The notes beneath the pieces are model-generated. The model was not told the origin of the DNA. It made no database searches and saw only the letters and a list, made by a program, of their open reading frames with translations. From contig NC_043003.1 in the NCBI RefSeq assembly GCF_006345805.1, forward strand, positions 105,896,001 to 105,960,000: a stretch of 64,000 nt of DNA, written 5' to 3'. Of this stretch, positions 24,993 to 37,361 are shown piece by piece. Position 1 is the stretch's first letter. Each line of letters starts with the position of its first letter. The stretch comes from Octopus sinensis. Taxonomy: Eukaryota. The translations under genes were made by a program, and so were the position numbers.

Positions 24993-25214
24993 CTAGAATA
25001 TCATGGTTCGCTGATGAAGTCATAAGACAGAAACATATCAAGGGTACACACAGAAAAAATGAAAATATTATAAATCGTCCTGTGCACGGTGAATAGCGAC
25101 AATCGTATTTATTCTTAATACGTTCTGGCACATTCGAACTGGAATATGCTTATCGCTGGTGTATTTCGCCAGAGGAAAACAACATCTCTTTTACTGTGAA
25201 TAAGTGTTCATAAC

Positions 25215-25447
25215 TATTTCTTTACTACCCACAAGGGGCTAAACACAGAAGGGTCAAACAAGGACAGACAAGCCAATTAAGTCAATTATATCGACCCCAG
25301 TGCGTAACTGGTACTTATTTAATCGACCCCGAAAGGATGAAAGGCAAAGTCGAACTTGGCGGAATTTGAACTGAGAACATAACGGCAGACGAAATACCGC
25401 TAAGCATTTCGCCCAGTGTGCTAACGCTTCTGCCAGCTCGCTGCCTT
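25215..25447 (-). mobile_element. SINE family B with 19-bp TSD
   Basis: GTGAATAAGTGTTCATAAC at 25196-25214 and 25455-25473. Confidence 0.9.
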
Positions 25448-25928
25448 ATAATAAGTGAATAAGTGTTCATAACACTCGATTCATTAATAAAAGGGACTCT
25501 GGGACAGCGGTTTTCTGATGTAGTTGTTGACAAATGAACCTAACAAGGGCCGATTCTTTCGGTTATAACATCTGCGAACCAACTGCTTACTGGTTCGTAC
25601 GATCGACAAATCGTCACGTGCACAGTGAACAGTAAGAATAGAGAAACATTTTGTAATGCAAAACAAAACAAAATACAATATTATAATATTATCTCTCGTA
25701 ATTTTTTTTATGTTATCTGCATTAAATGCGTTAACACTAACTCGACTGTTGCTTTTCACACCGATGTCAAACCTAAATTATTATTTATATTAGTTTTTAT
25801 GGCGGACAATGTGATAAAAGATTAGGTCAGCAGAAGCAACATGAATCTAAATAAAAGCTAACATCTGACTTGTCTCTCAACGCTTCTGCAAAAAATCACC
25901 ATAGCATTAGTATCTGTTGAATAGGAGT

Positions 25929-25959
<31 letters not shown>

Positions 25960-26685
25960 GTGTGTGTGTGGCTAGTTTTATACTATCATATATTCATCTA
26001 TAAGAAAGCTACTTATTAATTAGATAGGAGTATGTAACCTTTACTGAAAGAAAGGAATTATTAAAGTCTACAGTGTCTAGAAAATTCTTAAAAATTCCAA
26101 TTATATATATTTTTCCCATTGTGGTTTATTATTTTATTATTGAAGGTTTCAACTATACGATTCAGCCAGAAAACTCTTTAAATCACTGTGAGATAGCGTT
26201 TTTTTAAACGTTTTACTACATTTCCTCTTTGTCTTTTGTCTCTCTCGCACAATTTTCCTTGCAACAATATTTCTCTATCTTTGACTTCACAGTTGAGAAT
26301 GAGCTGTCTAGTCAACGTTAACACAGAAGTCTGTTACATCTGCGATAGTAAGACCTATAGGCTACACTTAGTCTTTCGGCTGATTACTTATGTGACGTAA
26401 ATCTGCTTGATTAAGATAAACCTAGGCCTAAACAGCAACAGAAGAATTCGAACTGTATAAGATCCTATTGTTATCATTACTATTTAACATCCACTTTCCA
26501 TGCTTGCATGGGTCAGACGGAATTTTTTGAGACAGACTTTCAATGGCTTGATGCCTCTTCTGTCGCTAACCCTCACCCGTTTCCAAGTAAGGCTATATTT
26601 CCCCCATGACCAAACTTGTTTTTCATAGAAGACTAGAAACTAACAACCTCTCTCGTATGTCGATGATACACACACACGCGCATAT

Positions 26686-26740
<55 letters not shown>

Positions 26741-26986
26741 TACACACACACTATACACAATGCGTTTCTTTCAGTTTCCGTCTACCAGATCCACTGACAA
26801 GGCTTTGGTTGACCCAGGGCCATAGTTGAAGACATTTACCAAGATGCCACGCATTCGGATTGAACCTAAGAATACTTAGTTGGGAAGCAACTGCAATTCC
26901 CGGAATCTACATTTGTATTTAGTATAGAGAACGATTTCTTGATGTAGTTTTTTTCTCAGCATATTGTTAAAGAAAGATCAACTTAC

Positions 26987-27166
26987 AAGAGAAATTTCTG
27001 GTTGGATGGAAATGTGTTGTATCCCTGCTTTCTTCATTAATTGTTTGATTTGATGAAAAGAGTTGAGGAAATGAGAAGACGTGACAACATAATGCAGCGT
27101 GATAACAACTGTATTGTCTGTCAGGTGCCACATATGAAGTTCATGGACGTTGAGAACACCGGGAAC
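26987..27166 (-). CDS. SLC30A1-like: SLC30A/ZnT-like transporter, exon 5 (cytosolic C-terminal domain)
   Basis: tttttatcccag| ... |gtaagt, 180 bp, phase 0/0. Translates VPGVLNVHELHMWHLTDNTVVITLHYVV...KAGIQHISIQPEISL, the CDF 'GV..VHELH.W...GI...+.IQPE' signature. Confidence 0.93.
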
Positions 27167-27273
27167 CTGGGATAAAAATACAATTCGCTTGATTAATAAA
27201 GTAAACGGTAGGATTACAGGAAGTTTGAATGAACTGCGTGCATTGTCTTTCCATTATATTTTATAGTTCGTTG

Positions 27274-27520
27274 AGGCGGCGAGCTGGCAGAAACGTTAGC
27301 ACGCCGGGCGAAATGCGTGGCCGTATTTCGTCTGCCGCTACGTTCTGAGTTCAAATTCCACCCCGTTTGTCTGTCCTTGTTTGTTCCCTCTGTGTTTAGC
27401 CCCTTGTGGGTAGAAGAGAAATACGTATTTCGTCTGCAGCTACGTTCTGAGTTCAAATTCCGCCGAGGTCGACTTTGCCTTTCATCCTTTCGGGGTCGAT
27501 AAAATAAGAACCAATTGAAT
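27274..27520 (+). mobile_element. SINE family B, partial dimer
   Basis: Head, tail, then a second body starting at GTATTTCGTCTG. Confidence 0.8.
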
Positions 27521-27796
27521 GTAATCGATTTGTCCTCTACACCCGAAATTGCTGGCCTTGTCCCCAAATTTGAAACCGATATTTACAGCAACATTGCTTA
27601 TAGGACTCAGGGGGTTGGATATTTTTGAAACTATTTTTTTGTTAAAAAACTGTGTCGTATAGGCCATCAGATGCTATAGAATTATAGCGTTAGTTATGCG
27701 CGTTAATGCCTTTTACTGGCCGCATTCTTGTTGCTAATAAACCATTTTGATGGCCATTGGCTCAGATATGTTAACATTAACTCAGTTTTTAGATAA

Positions 27797-28230
27797 CTAG
27801 CAGTATTGCCCGGCGTTGCTTTAGAACTGGAATTTTTGAAAAGAAAAAAAATTTGCATTATAGGTGGATAGATAGACAGACGGACAGACAGACATACAGA
27901 AAAATAGATAGATAGATAGATAGATAGATAGATCTTTTTAAGCGAACATTTTTCTGGTTGAAATACACAGAAAAATGGCGACACAGCAGACAAAAAATCG
28001 TAAAAAATAGGGATTTTCATAGAAAAAAAGCACCTTTTTGATGTAAATAATTTTTGGTGTTAACATGGTCCGATTTGAATTTTTTCTTCTATGGAAGGAA
28101 GAGCAAGCCTTCTTCTATCATACTCTCAATTTTGGTCAACTTGCACTGCAGGGTCTCGGAGGAGATAGTGTTAGTTGAAGGCTACCAAACCTGCCATACA
28201 CAGACAACTTCAGCTTTATATATAGAGAGA
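27797..28230 (-). mobile_element. Non-autonomous Helitron-like element
   Basis: 3' CTAG at 27797-27800 with an adjacent CCCGGCGTTGC hairpin remnant; the 5' end resembles that of the 38313-38843 copy. Confidence 0.6.
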
Positions 28231-29002
28231 TTTTATATTCTTGCTTTTGTTTTGTGATTCTGATGGCGGGGGTGGGGGTGTTGGTTGTCGTAAGACTGTG
28301 TCAGCTGAAGTGGTGCCGTGTTGCATTGCTTGCAGCGGTGCCAAATTAGTTGAAATATCATAGTGTTGGTTGTAGTGGAACAGAGAGATAAGGCAGGAGA
28401 ACAATGTCTGCAGTGTGGCAGAGGTGAGACTTTGGCTGGGAAGGAGAGTTTCTGCATCAGTGTAGCTGTTGTTGTTTGTGTAGTGGTATGATGGGTAACG
28501 CGGCTGGTTGTGTAATGGCTGTAGTGATGGTGTGTTGGTGACTGTGGCGTCACGGTGTGTCGATATTGGTCACTACAGAGTTCGTGTCTTTGGAGACCGG
28601 GTATAAACCATGATATTAGTGATTGTCATAGCAGTTCATCATCATCATCATCGTCGTCGTCGTTGTCACCACCACCACTACCACCACCATGCTGGTAAGG
28701 GTTGGACGGTTTTTCAGGCAGGTAAAGCCAGGAGCCGTATCAGGTTTTTCCACTGCTGCAGGGTTTTAGAAGCGAGAAGAACGAGGGGCAAAAAAGAGGA
28801 AATATGACGATTCAGTGGACACAACCATAGGAAACGTCGGCCTTTCAAGATGTCAAGTTGTCCTCGTCGAGGAGGCATGAGTAGATACTTTGAGAGTGGA
28901 CTCTGCAACAAGGACCCAAGTGTCCAGTGGTGATGACGGTGGGGAAGGATTAAACCGGGAAATGGGAACGAGGCGAATGAGTCACTTCACAGGAACATAA
29001 CT

Positions 29003-29231
29003 ATTTCTTTATTACCCACAAGGGGCTAAACACAGAGGGGACAAACAAGGACAGGCATAGGTATTAAGTCGATTACATCGACCCCAGTGCGTAACTGGTA
29101 CTTAATTTATCGACCCCGAAAGGATGAAAGGCAAAGTCGACCTCGGCGGAATTTGAACTCACAACGTAACGCAGACGAAATACCGCGAAGCATTTCGCCC
29201 GACGTGCTAACGATTCTGCCAGCACGCCGCC
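29003..29231 (-). mobile_element. SINE family B with 17-bp TSD
   Basis: CTTCACAGGAACATAAC on both flanks (28986 and 29231). Confidence 0.9.
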
Positions 29232-29499
29232 TTCACAGGAACATAACGTTTTACATCTCGCACCTGGGAGGTCGTCGTATTACTTAAAAAGAAAAGGGTT
29301 CTTATATCGAAGGAGAGGACTTGAATAGAGATAGGAAGAAAAATAAGTGAGGTGGAGGATATTATGCCTTACCAAGAGCTTTATCAATGATTCAAAAGAA
29401 TGATTTTTTTCTTAAATTAAAAAAAACCCTTGTAAAACCCTGTAATATTGTTGTTGGGAATATTAAAAAATTGTTTCAAGTTTTGACACAGATTCAGCA

Positions 29500-30166
29500 G
29501 TTTTGAGGTGAGGGACCCCATCGATTACATCGATCTCAGTACTTGACTGGTAGTTTTTATCGACCCCAAAAGGATGAAAGAAAAAGTTGGCTCCGGCGGC
29601 ATTTGAACTCAGAACGCTAAAACGGACGAAATACCTATTTCTTTGCTACCCACAAGGGGCTAAACACAGAGGGGACAAACAAGGATAGACAAACGGATTA
29701 CGTCGATTATATCGACCCTAGTGCATAACTGGTACTTAATTTATCGACCCCGAAAGAATGAAAGGCAAAGTCGACCTCGGCGGAATTTGAACTCAGAACG
29801 TTGCGCCGGGTGAAATACCTATTTCTTTACTACCCACAAGGGGCTAAATACAGAGGGGACAAACAAGGACAGACAAACGGATTTGTATCGAGCCCAGTGC
29901 ATAACTGGTACTTAATTTATCGACCCCGAAAGAATGAAAGGCAAAGTCGACCTCGGCGGAATTTGAACTCAGAACATTGCGACGGACGAAATACCTGGAT
30001 TAAGTCGATTATATCGACCCCAGTGCGTAACTGGTACTTATTTAATCGATCCCGAAAGGATGAAAGGCAAAGTCGACCTCGGCGGAATTTGAACTCACGA
30101 CGTAACGACAGGCGAAATACCGCAAAGCATTTCGCCCGGCGTGCAAACGTTTCTGCCAGCTCACCA
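29500..30166 (-). mobile_element. SINE family B tandem array (about 4 bodies)
   Basis: Repeated GTAACTGGTAC...GAACTCAGAAC units, with a single head at the 30166 end. Confidence 0.85.
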
Positions 30167-30322
30167 CTTTGGAATATTCTGGTATCGAAACGTCATTAAC
30201 TCTTGTTACTCTGTAATTCATCTCAGCCAGAATATGTAATACATTTTACGATCGATTACACAATCCATTTAAAAAAAATAATAATCATAATTAACAGTTA
30301 TAATTAATAACTTTTGTCTCAC

Positions 30323-30405
30323 TATTTTCTTGATTTGTTCCATGAAGTCTTCAGCTCGAATATCATTTGGAAGAGTTTGGAGCATGATGTGTGATGTTCT
30401 GTAAA
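30323..30405 (-). CDS. SLC30A1-like: SLC30A/ZnT-like transporter, exon 4
   Basis: cttttgcag| ... |gtgaga, 83 bp, phase 1/0. Translates (L)YRTSHIMLQTLPNDIRAEDFMEQIKKI, the CDF 'S..+LLQ.+P..I' segment. Confidence 0.88.
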
Positions 30406-30436
30406 CTGCAAAAGACCAAAGTATGAGAAAGTTATA

Positions 30437-30560
30437 GGCGCAGGAGTGGGTGTGTGGTAAGTAGCTTGGGCAAGTGTCTTCTACTATAGCCTCGGGCCGA
30501 CCAAAGCCTTGTGAGTGGATTTGGTAGACGGAAAACTGAAAGAAGCCCGTCGTATATATG

Positions 30561-30592
<32 letters not shown>

Positions 30593-30800
30593 AATATATG
30601 CGTGTGTGTGTTTGTCCCTCGAACATTGCTTGACAACCGATGCTGGTGTGTTTATGTCCCCGTCACTTAGCGGTTCGGCAAAAGAGACCGATAGAATAAG
30701 TACTGGGCGTACAAAGAATAAGTCCCGGGGTCGAGTTGCTCGATTAAAGGTGGTGCTCCAGCATGGCCGCAGTCATATGACTGAAACAAGTAAACGAGAG
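30437..30800 (+). mobile_element. SINE family A with an internal deletion
   Basis: Head joined directly to TTGGGCAAGTG; remainder follows the consensus. Confidence 0.85.
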
Positions 30801-32159
30801 AAAAGAGAGAGAAAGAGAGGTTTTAAAGCAAAATGAAATTATGCAATCGTAAAATACGATTCTCTGTGTTAAGGATGGTCAGTGTTACATTGAGACATAA
30901 GAGAAGTTATCAAGAAGAAGAGAGCGAACACATATATTTGACCGTAAATGAAGAAATCAGTGAATTGGGTTGATCAGTGGTGTCTCCTTCACCATACAGA
31001 CCGGGTCTGTCACCCTCCAGCTTCCAGCTGTTCGGTTCAACCATCCTAAATCTCTGTTAGGCATTATATGTCTAACATGTTTAATATTTCATTTAATTCA
31101 TTTCCACATCATCACAAAACGTCGCTTCGCTATCGAGGAGATGACTAACGGATTCGATGAGAATGCTATCAGCGATAATCTGGCATCCTGTCCAGGGAAG
31201 CGAATTATTTCTAACTCGCTTTGCGCCTGAACTCCATAACCATGTAGCACAGTTCATACGAGCCACTAAAATATCCTCTATGTAGCTGCTTGAAATAGCA
31301 GCCAGCTTTCTCTCAAGTTACACACTATCGAACGAAGCAGTCGTACATAAAATATAAGATGTGATAGTCATGGATTTGATCGTGGTTCCGTACGATTCAG
31401 AGCTGACTCGGGATAAACAACACCGCTTTATGCACCCCACTCTCTGGTTTGGAGAGGTTTACGTTAGTTTTGTATTATGTGAAAGTAGGTCGTAGTTTGC
31501 TATAAAATGACCAGTTAGATAAACACCTGCATTAAACAACTGCCTTTTCACACAAATACTTTTTTTCATATAAATACAAATTTCTCTCACATCCCGTGAA
31601 AGATTTTATTATTCGGAAGTCGTAGCTTTCAGGCAATTACTATTTTATAGCGAGAACCTTACCGAGTTTCGAACCACAGCACTCAGGTTCCCCCGCTCCA
31701 CACCTTGGCCTACTATATTCGTTTTAAATTTTGCTACAAGGCTACTGATCTTGGAAGAAGGGGTAAATCGATTACATCGACCCCAGTGCTCAACTGGTAT
31801 TTATTTTATCGACTCCAACATGATGAAAGGCAAAGTCGACCCCAAGACGGACGAAATGTCGCTAAGCTTTTTGCCCGGCGTGCTAAAGATTCTAAAGGTT
31901 CGCCGCCTTAACCGTGAATTGCAAAGCCAGTTGTGAAAACTAATTGTGTCGCCCCCCAAAATGCATTAACTCCTACGCTAATATGGCTCCGCTAATCGGA
32001 TCGGGGTATAACCAAGTAAGCGGAAATATTTTCGCCAAAATCGTCTGCTCGGATCTTCTAGAGAAACTCCAATGGATTATGAAAACTGGCGAATTGAACC
32101 CCCAAGCAGAACCATCTAGAATTGCTATGTTCTGTCTGATGGTCTTACCCTTTGGTGTG

Positions 32160-32541
32160 GAGGTGCAATGGCCCAGTGGTTAGGGCAGCGGACTCGCGGT
32201 CATAGGATCGCGGTTTCGATTCCCAGACCGGGCGTTGTGAGTGTTTATTGAGCGAAAACACCTAAAGCTCCACGAGGCTCCGGCAGGGGATGGTGGTGAT
32301 CCCTGCTGTACTCTTTCACCACAACTTTCTCTCACTCTTACTTCCTGTTTCTGTTGTACCTGTATTTCAAGGGGCCGGCCTTGTCACTCTCTGTGTCACG
32401 CTGAATATCCCCGAGAACTACGTTAAGGGTACACGTGTCTGTGGAGTGCTCAGCCACTTACACGTTAATTTCACGAGCAGGCTGTTCCGTTGATTCGGAT
32501 CAACCGGAACCCTCGTCGTCGTAACCGACGGAGTGCTTCCT
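32160..32541 (+). mobile_element. SINE family E, full length
   Basis: GGTGCAATGGCCCAGTGGTTAGGGC A-box, GGTTTCGATTCC B-box, tail CCCTCGTCGTCGTAACCGACGGAGTG. Confidence 0.92.
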
Positions 32542-32854
32542 CCTCCCCTTACCCTTCGGTACGTTTCTTCACAGAATTATGTACCTCAAGGGTATATATG
32601 TTCTCATTTTTTCTACTTGTTTTGCATTGAACTACTTCAGATGCGACTCGAAGCTATGTTAGTCAGCATGTTGATAAAGCGTTCGAATAATTTCCGCTTA
32701 ATTTGTTGTGGTAAGAAGCTTGCTTCTCAACTACATGGTTCTGGGTTCAGTTCCACTGCGTGGCTGACCAAAGCCTTGTCAGTGCATTGGCAACAGAAAC
32801 TGAAACAAGCCAGTCGTGTGTGTGGTGTGTGTGTGTATGTATTATAAATATATA

Positions 32855-32896
<42 letters not shown>

Positions 32897-33012
32897 ATAT
32901 ATATAACATATATATAATATATATATATATTATATAATAACATATATTTATTATATATATATATAATATATATATATCTATATATATATATATATTATAT
33001 ATATAATATATA

Positions 33013-33800
33013 ACCTTTGATAGGTTTCGGCCAGTATAGGCCCAGGCCATGTCTGACTTAATTGTACCACCTGGTGAAGTCCTTTAGTCATATATGGGGT
33101 ACCATCGCCCACTTTAACAAAGAGTTATTATTGTTGGAGACATATCCGGGTGTAGGAGGTTGGTCCGAGAGTTTTTGAAGAAATTTGTCCAGTGAACATT
33201 TGAATTTTACGGGATCCGTTTCCGTTTTGACGTATTTTGGTATGGTATTAAAGAGAGCTGGACCGGTTGAGGAAACGTAATTGTGACGTAATGTTGCTAT
33301 ATGTACCGAGTTCGATTTTTGTAGTGGACGTATAGCACGGGGGGGGGGGCAAGTCTTGGATGGATCTTAAAATTGATGCCAACATCACTTGTGCAATATT
33401 GATGGAATATTTTCCACATCACACAAATGATGTAGCGCTCCTGGCAGCGTTGGAGAAAGTAAAGATTGAGTTTTTCTAGTCGACCCCAATAATCAATGCC
33501 TCTCATGCCGTCTATCTTGTCATTGATCTCTGGAGTACTTCTACTTTCATAATGAGTTGCTTCGTATGGGGGGGGGGGGACCCCAGTGAGCAACAATACT
33601 CAAGGTGGGCTTGGGCAAAAGTAGAGAAGGATAATGGTGTAGGCATTTCTAGACCGCAAAGTTCTCAGAATCCAGGAGTACATCTTGAGGGCCAAGTCAA
33701 CCTTGCTATTTACGTGGAAACTCCAGCTTAGATTGTTATCAACAATTACTCCAAGATCTCTGGTGTTGTTGGGTGACACTAGGGAGTCGCCCGAGGGAAG
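33013..33800 (-). mobile_element. CR1/L2-type LINE 3' fragment
   Basis: Translates TRDLGVIVDNNLSWSFHVNSKV...WILRTLRSR and YWGRLEKLNLYFLQRCQERYII; frameshifted, 5'-truncated at a (TA)n tract. Confidence 0.8.
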
Positions 33801-33811
33801 AGCATATATAG

Positions 33812-33882
<71 letters not shown>

Positions 33883-33903
33883 CATACATACATACATACT
33901 ACA

Positions 33904-33939
<36 letters not shown>

Positions 33940-33946
33940 TATATAT

Positions 33947-34294
33947 TGTAGGACCCCTCGTTTGGCCTTGCCTGCCTGAGACTCGAAACCGAATGCACTC
34001 GCTTGTTGCTTGTCAAACAAGTGTGTGATCTTTTGTGTTTACATCTCCACACTTGACTTCCTTGGACTTTGCTGGTCACAGAAAGGTCAGTCCTTTGGTT
34101 AGAATTTGACCTACATCCTAGCATAGTCTATATAACAGAGACCATTTCCTTTCTCGCCCTCTTTAGTGTCAGTCATGACCAGGAGCAACACTTCTCTTCG
34201 CCCTTCAGTCGTCATACGAAGAGTAGTTCGGCCGAAATCAAGACTGGACGATGTCACCTTTATCCTTTCTTCCTCTCTTGTCAGCATTATAACA
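33947..34294. mobile_element. Possible solo LTR
   Basis: TG...CA-bounded 348-bp unit with CTATATAA followed by a pyrimidine-rich tract; no clean TSD. Confidence 0.3.
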
Positions 34295-34927
34295 ATAATA
34301 ACAATTCAAAGTAAATAACTCCGAAAAGGGCTTTTCTGCATTCCTAGAGAATATTACCCTCAGCGGCGTTAGTGATGGTATATTCGTGAATAAGTCACTA
34401 ACCGAAATAAGTGGATCTGTTGTTTAGGAAAATACTATTTACTTGTTTAATGATTGTACTGGATAAATAGCGAAAATAACTCTTTCAGTTCAAATACTAA
34501 GAAATAAGCATACTCAATTTGATTTATACCAAATGATTTAGGAAAATGAATGGGTTATTTCCTCTGGCTGTTAAAATCTGGGCGATTGGGTTATTTCCAT
34601 TGATTGTTAAAATGAAATATATTAGAAATATATAAGGATCCCTTCCAGGGGCTCATTCATCGATTTTTTTTCAACAAGATGAGTATGCCACGAGGTTTCC
34701 ACACACGAGTTCTACTCACGTGTCAAGTTAGCTAACAATGTAGGAGGAGTTAGCTAAAAACTCTACAAACACACCCACAGACAGAATTTCCCACATATGT
34801 AGTTTATTATATATATATATATATATTATATCTATATATATGTATAAGGGTGAAAAGGAACACACGGTTGATATATGAAAAAAACAAGTCAAAATAGAAA
34901 AATGCTAAAATAATTTTATAGTGAACA

Positions 34928-34970
34928 TTTCAGTACCGGTTTCGGTCATTTTGAGCCTTTTCCACTGTAA
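34928..34970 (-). ncRNA. Candidate core-variant minimal hammerhead ribozyme
   Basis: Minus strand TTACAG-TGGAAAA-GGCTC-AAAAT-GACC-GAAA-CCGGT-A-CTGAAA: stems I and II form, palindromic stem III ACCGGT, GUA site; the core reads UGGAAAA instead of CUGANGA. Confidence 0.45.
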
Positions 34971-35316
34971 CGATTAATAATTAAATTTAGAAAAAAATAG
35001 AAGAAAAGTTTTTTTAAAGGAATATTTCTATAGTAGTGTTCAGATATAGTGGCATTCTGCCTTTTCTGATTCCTTGTTTGCACAAACAGTTTGAGTGTAA
35101 CGCTCTTAATAACCTTAACTGCAGAACAAAATGGGAAATATTCTCCAAGTCTTAAACATAAAACAACATTATGAAAATCTGTAAATTTATGCATCAGAAT
35201 AGAGTTGGGAAAATTGAAGATGCGTGGAATTTCTACGGGTTTTGTTGATATATTCTAACTAGAATATCATACTTTCTGATAAGTAATGGTAACAAAGCAG
35301 AAATTTCTTTACTTAC

Positions 35317-35514
35317 GTAATGGCAAATTGGTGATAATGATCAAAGAAATAATACAGATTGTAATCAAAGGATCAGCGTAGTGGCACCAGTGACCTTCTC
35401 CGAAAATACTGAGAAGTCCGCTCAAGATTAATCCAAAAGATGATAAATTATTCCCGATCACGTGAACGCAAAGCAGATATAGATCAACGTGACCTTGCTT
35501 TGTTTGAACCTGGT
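35317..35514 (-). CDS. SLC30A1-like: SLC30A/ZnT-like transporter, exon 3 (TM5-TM6)
   Basis: ttttgaattccag| ... |gtaagt, 198 bp, phase 1/1. Translates (Y)QVQTKQGHVDLYLLCVHVIGNNLSSFGLILSGLL...WCHYADPLITICIISLIIITNLPL. Confidence 0.92.
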
Positions 35515-36480
35515 CTGGAATTCAAAAGAGAAAACATAAGAGAGAAGAAACAAAACAAACTCAATAGCAACGCCCCCCCCCCCCACAAAAAAACCCCCAA
35601 CGACAAGGGAATCAACCATCCGTCATTTCCATTGCTCACTATTCCTGATAGAACCGCCTTCTTCTTTGCTCTAGCTTTAGGTCTCCTAACGGTTGGTTCG
35701 GCTTGAAGAATTCTTTTTGTGATCCTTTCCTGCGAGTTTTAATTACATTCCCGTTGTATCGGATCAGATGTCTATTGAACCCAATCCTCCAGTTCAGGTC
35801 TGATAGAACAGAACTACGATTAAATGCAATCAAGCCGTGACCACCCACTCGTTTTTCTAAACATAGAGTATCTTGATTTAATATGTCCTTCCCATTTTAT
35901 GACGGAATGATTTGAAAACAGATTGGCTGCTATTACAAGCAGATCGAACGACAACAAAGAGGCCCGGACGTTGGCTTGTCCTAGCTGTTTGTATTAGTGG
36001 TTTGGTAATGAGGAACAATGATGATCACAATCTTCGTTGGCCATCCGCGACTGAAGGACAGGTGTTCAATACGACTAGGTTCAATTTGATCAAGAGTTTA
36101 TCTCAGAATTCGTAGCATGTATTTGAGACTAGAGAATATCCAGAAAAAAAGAGCATTATCCCCCCCCCCATAAGTGGAAATGTTATATTGCTGCCAAGAG
36201 AGTAAGGAAGACAAGTTTCGGACAAATCTCTTCGTTGTCACTGCTGTATTGCTTCATCAAAGTCCGTAACTTTGCGAGTTCATAAAACACTCGTCATGAC
36301 CCCATCACCCCCCGCCGCACAATAGTACATCGCACCTGTTTATGGCAACAAAACAACTCACCACTGACAAAATACAAACCACCAATTAGGTCGACAATAC
36401 GATCAATGATAGTGCAGCGATAATTCTAAACCGAAGAGCAAAGCAGCCGGTCAGACACCACGATCAAACCACAATAGTTT

Positions 36481-36610
36481 CACGTGATCGGTCTGTTAAG
36501 TAACCAATCAGCCTGAAGCCATCGCATGATTCAGTCTTATAGAATTTTCTTCTTGTGCTCTATAAAAATGTGGTTTTTGGCGGTAATTGCAGAATGTCGA
36601 GGCAGTTGCA
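36481..36610 (+). promoter_or_regulatory. Possible core promoter antisense to the ZnT-like gene
   Basis: CACGTG (36481), CCAAT (36504), TATAAAAA (36561) and a C/A step 30 nt downstream (36590/36591); motif layout only. Confidence 0.3.
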
Positions 36611-37000
36611 CATTCTCATCACCACCTCCACTCGTTTAAGGCAGGTAGCAGACAGGAATTGCGTCACCACGAATATACCGCAATTATTTTCCAGTCGTAA
36701 AGGGCCAACAACAGATTGCTGTATCAGTAAGCTTATCGTAGACTCCCAGTGTGTAATTGCTGTTGTTATTTGTAAAAGACTAAAACAGTTAAAACTCTAC
36801 GTGCAATAATGAAACCTTCCGTTTATTGTTAGAGGGTGTTGTTCAGTTATTTCTTTACGAAGCTCAAGAAATACATTCTCATTCAGCATCTCGGCCAGTT
36901 ATCATCTCAGACCAGACGACAACAAATCACACGGACACAGCTCACGACAATAGTAAAAAAATTATCAGTATCTATTTATACATTGTTAACGTTTACTTAC

Positions 37001-37361
37001 ATGCGATAAGTTTTTCTTCCGACAGCTTTACCTCTTGAGAATGTTTGCTGGTACAAGACAAACTGTTATAGCCACAATCCTTGTCGTCTTCATAACATTT
37101 CAGTTTCTTGTCCTTTCGTCTCTGCTTGTTCAGAGCCACAATAAGCATCATCAAACAAAGAAGGTTGACACTAAGTCCAACACCTCCCATAATAACAATT
37201 ATAGATGGTTGCTTCAACTCTGCTGTTGTGATTAGACGCTTCGCTGTGTGACTGATGATGGATATTGACAGAGCTAAAATGAACGTGGAATTAGCAAAGC
37301 CACCAAGAACATAGCTACGTCCATAACCGTAGGTGTTTTTTTCATTTCTATTTCGAGCTAT
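37001..37361 (-). CDS. SLC30A1-like: SLC30A/ZnT-like transporter, exon 2 (TM3-TM4 and loop)
   Basis: caatag| ... |gtaagt, 361 bp, phase 0/1. Translates IARNRNEKNTYGYGRSYVLGGFANSTFILALSISII...KRLI...PSIIVIMGGVGLSVNLLCL, the 'KNT+G+.R..VLG...N..FL' CDF motif. Confidence 0.93.

Noticed and set aside
25011-25040. CTGATGA-A-GTC-ATAA-GAC-A-GAAAC hammerhead-like core
   Set aside because: No stem I partner and no valid stem III/NUH pairing on either side.
31921-32130. Minus-strand WLYPDPISGAIL resembling CDF TM6
   Set aside because: It has an in-frame stop and no usable splice sites; the true TM6 is in exon 35514-35317.
32160-32235. tRNA genes at the SINE heads
   Set aside because: A and B boxes are present, but there is no complete cloverleaf and they continue into SINE bodies.
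35454-36491. 13-bp inverted repeat CCGATCACGTGAA suggesting TIRs or paired E-boxes
   Set aside because: The left copy is coding sequence of ZnT exon 3 (His-Val-Ile codons).
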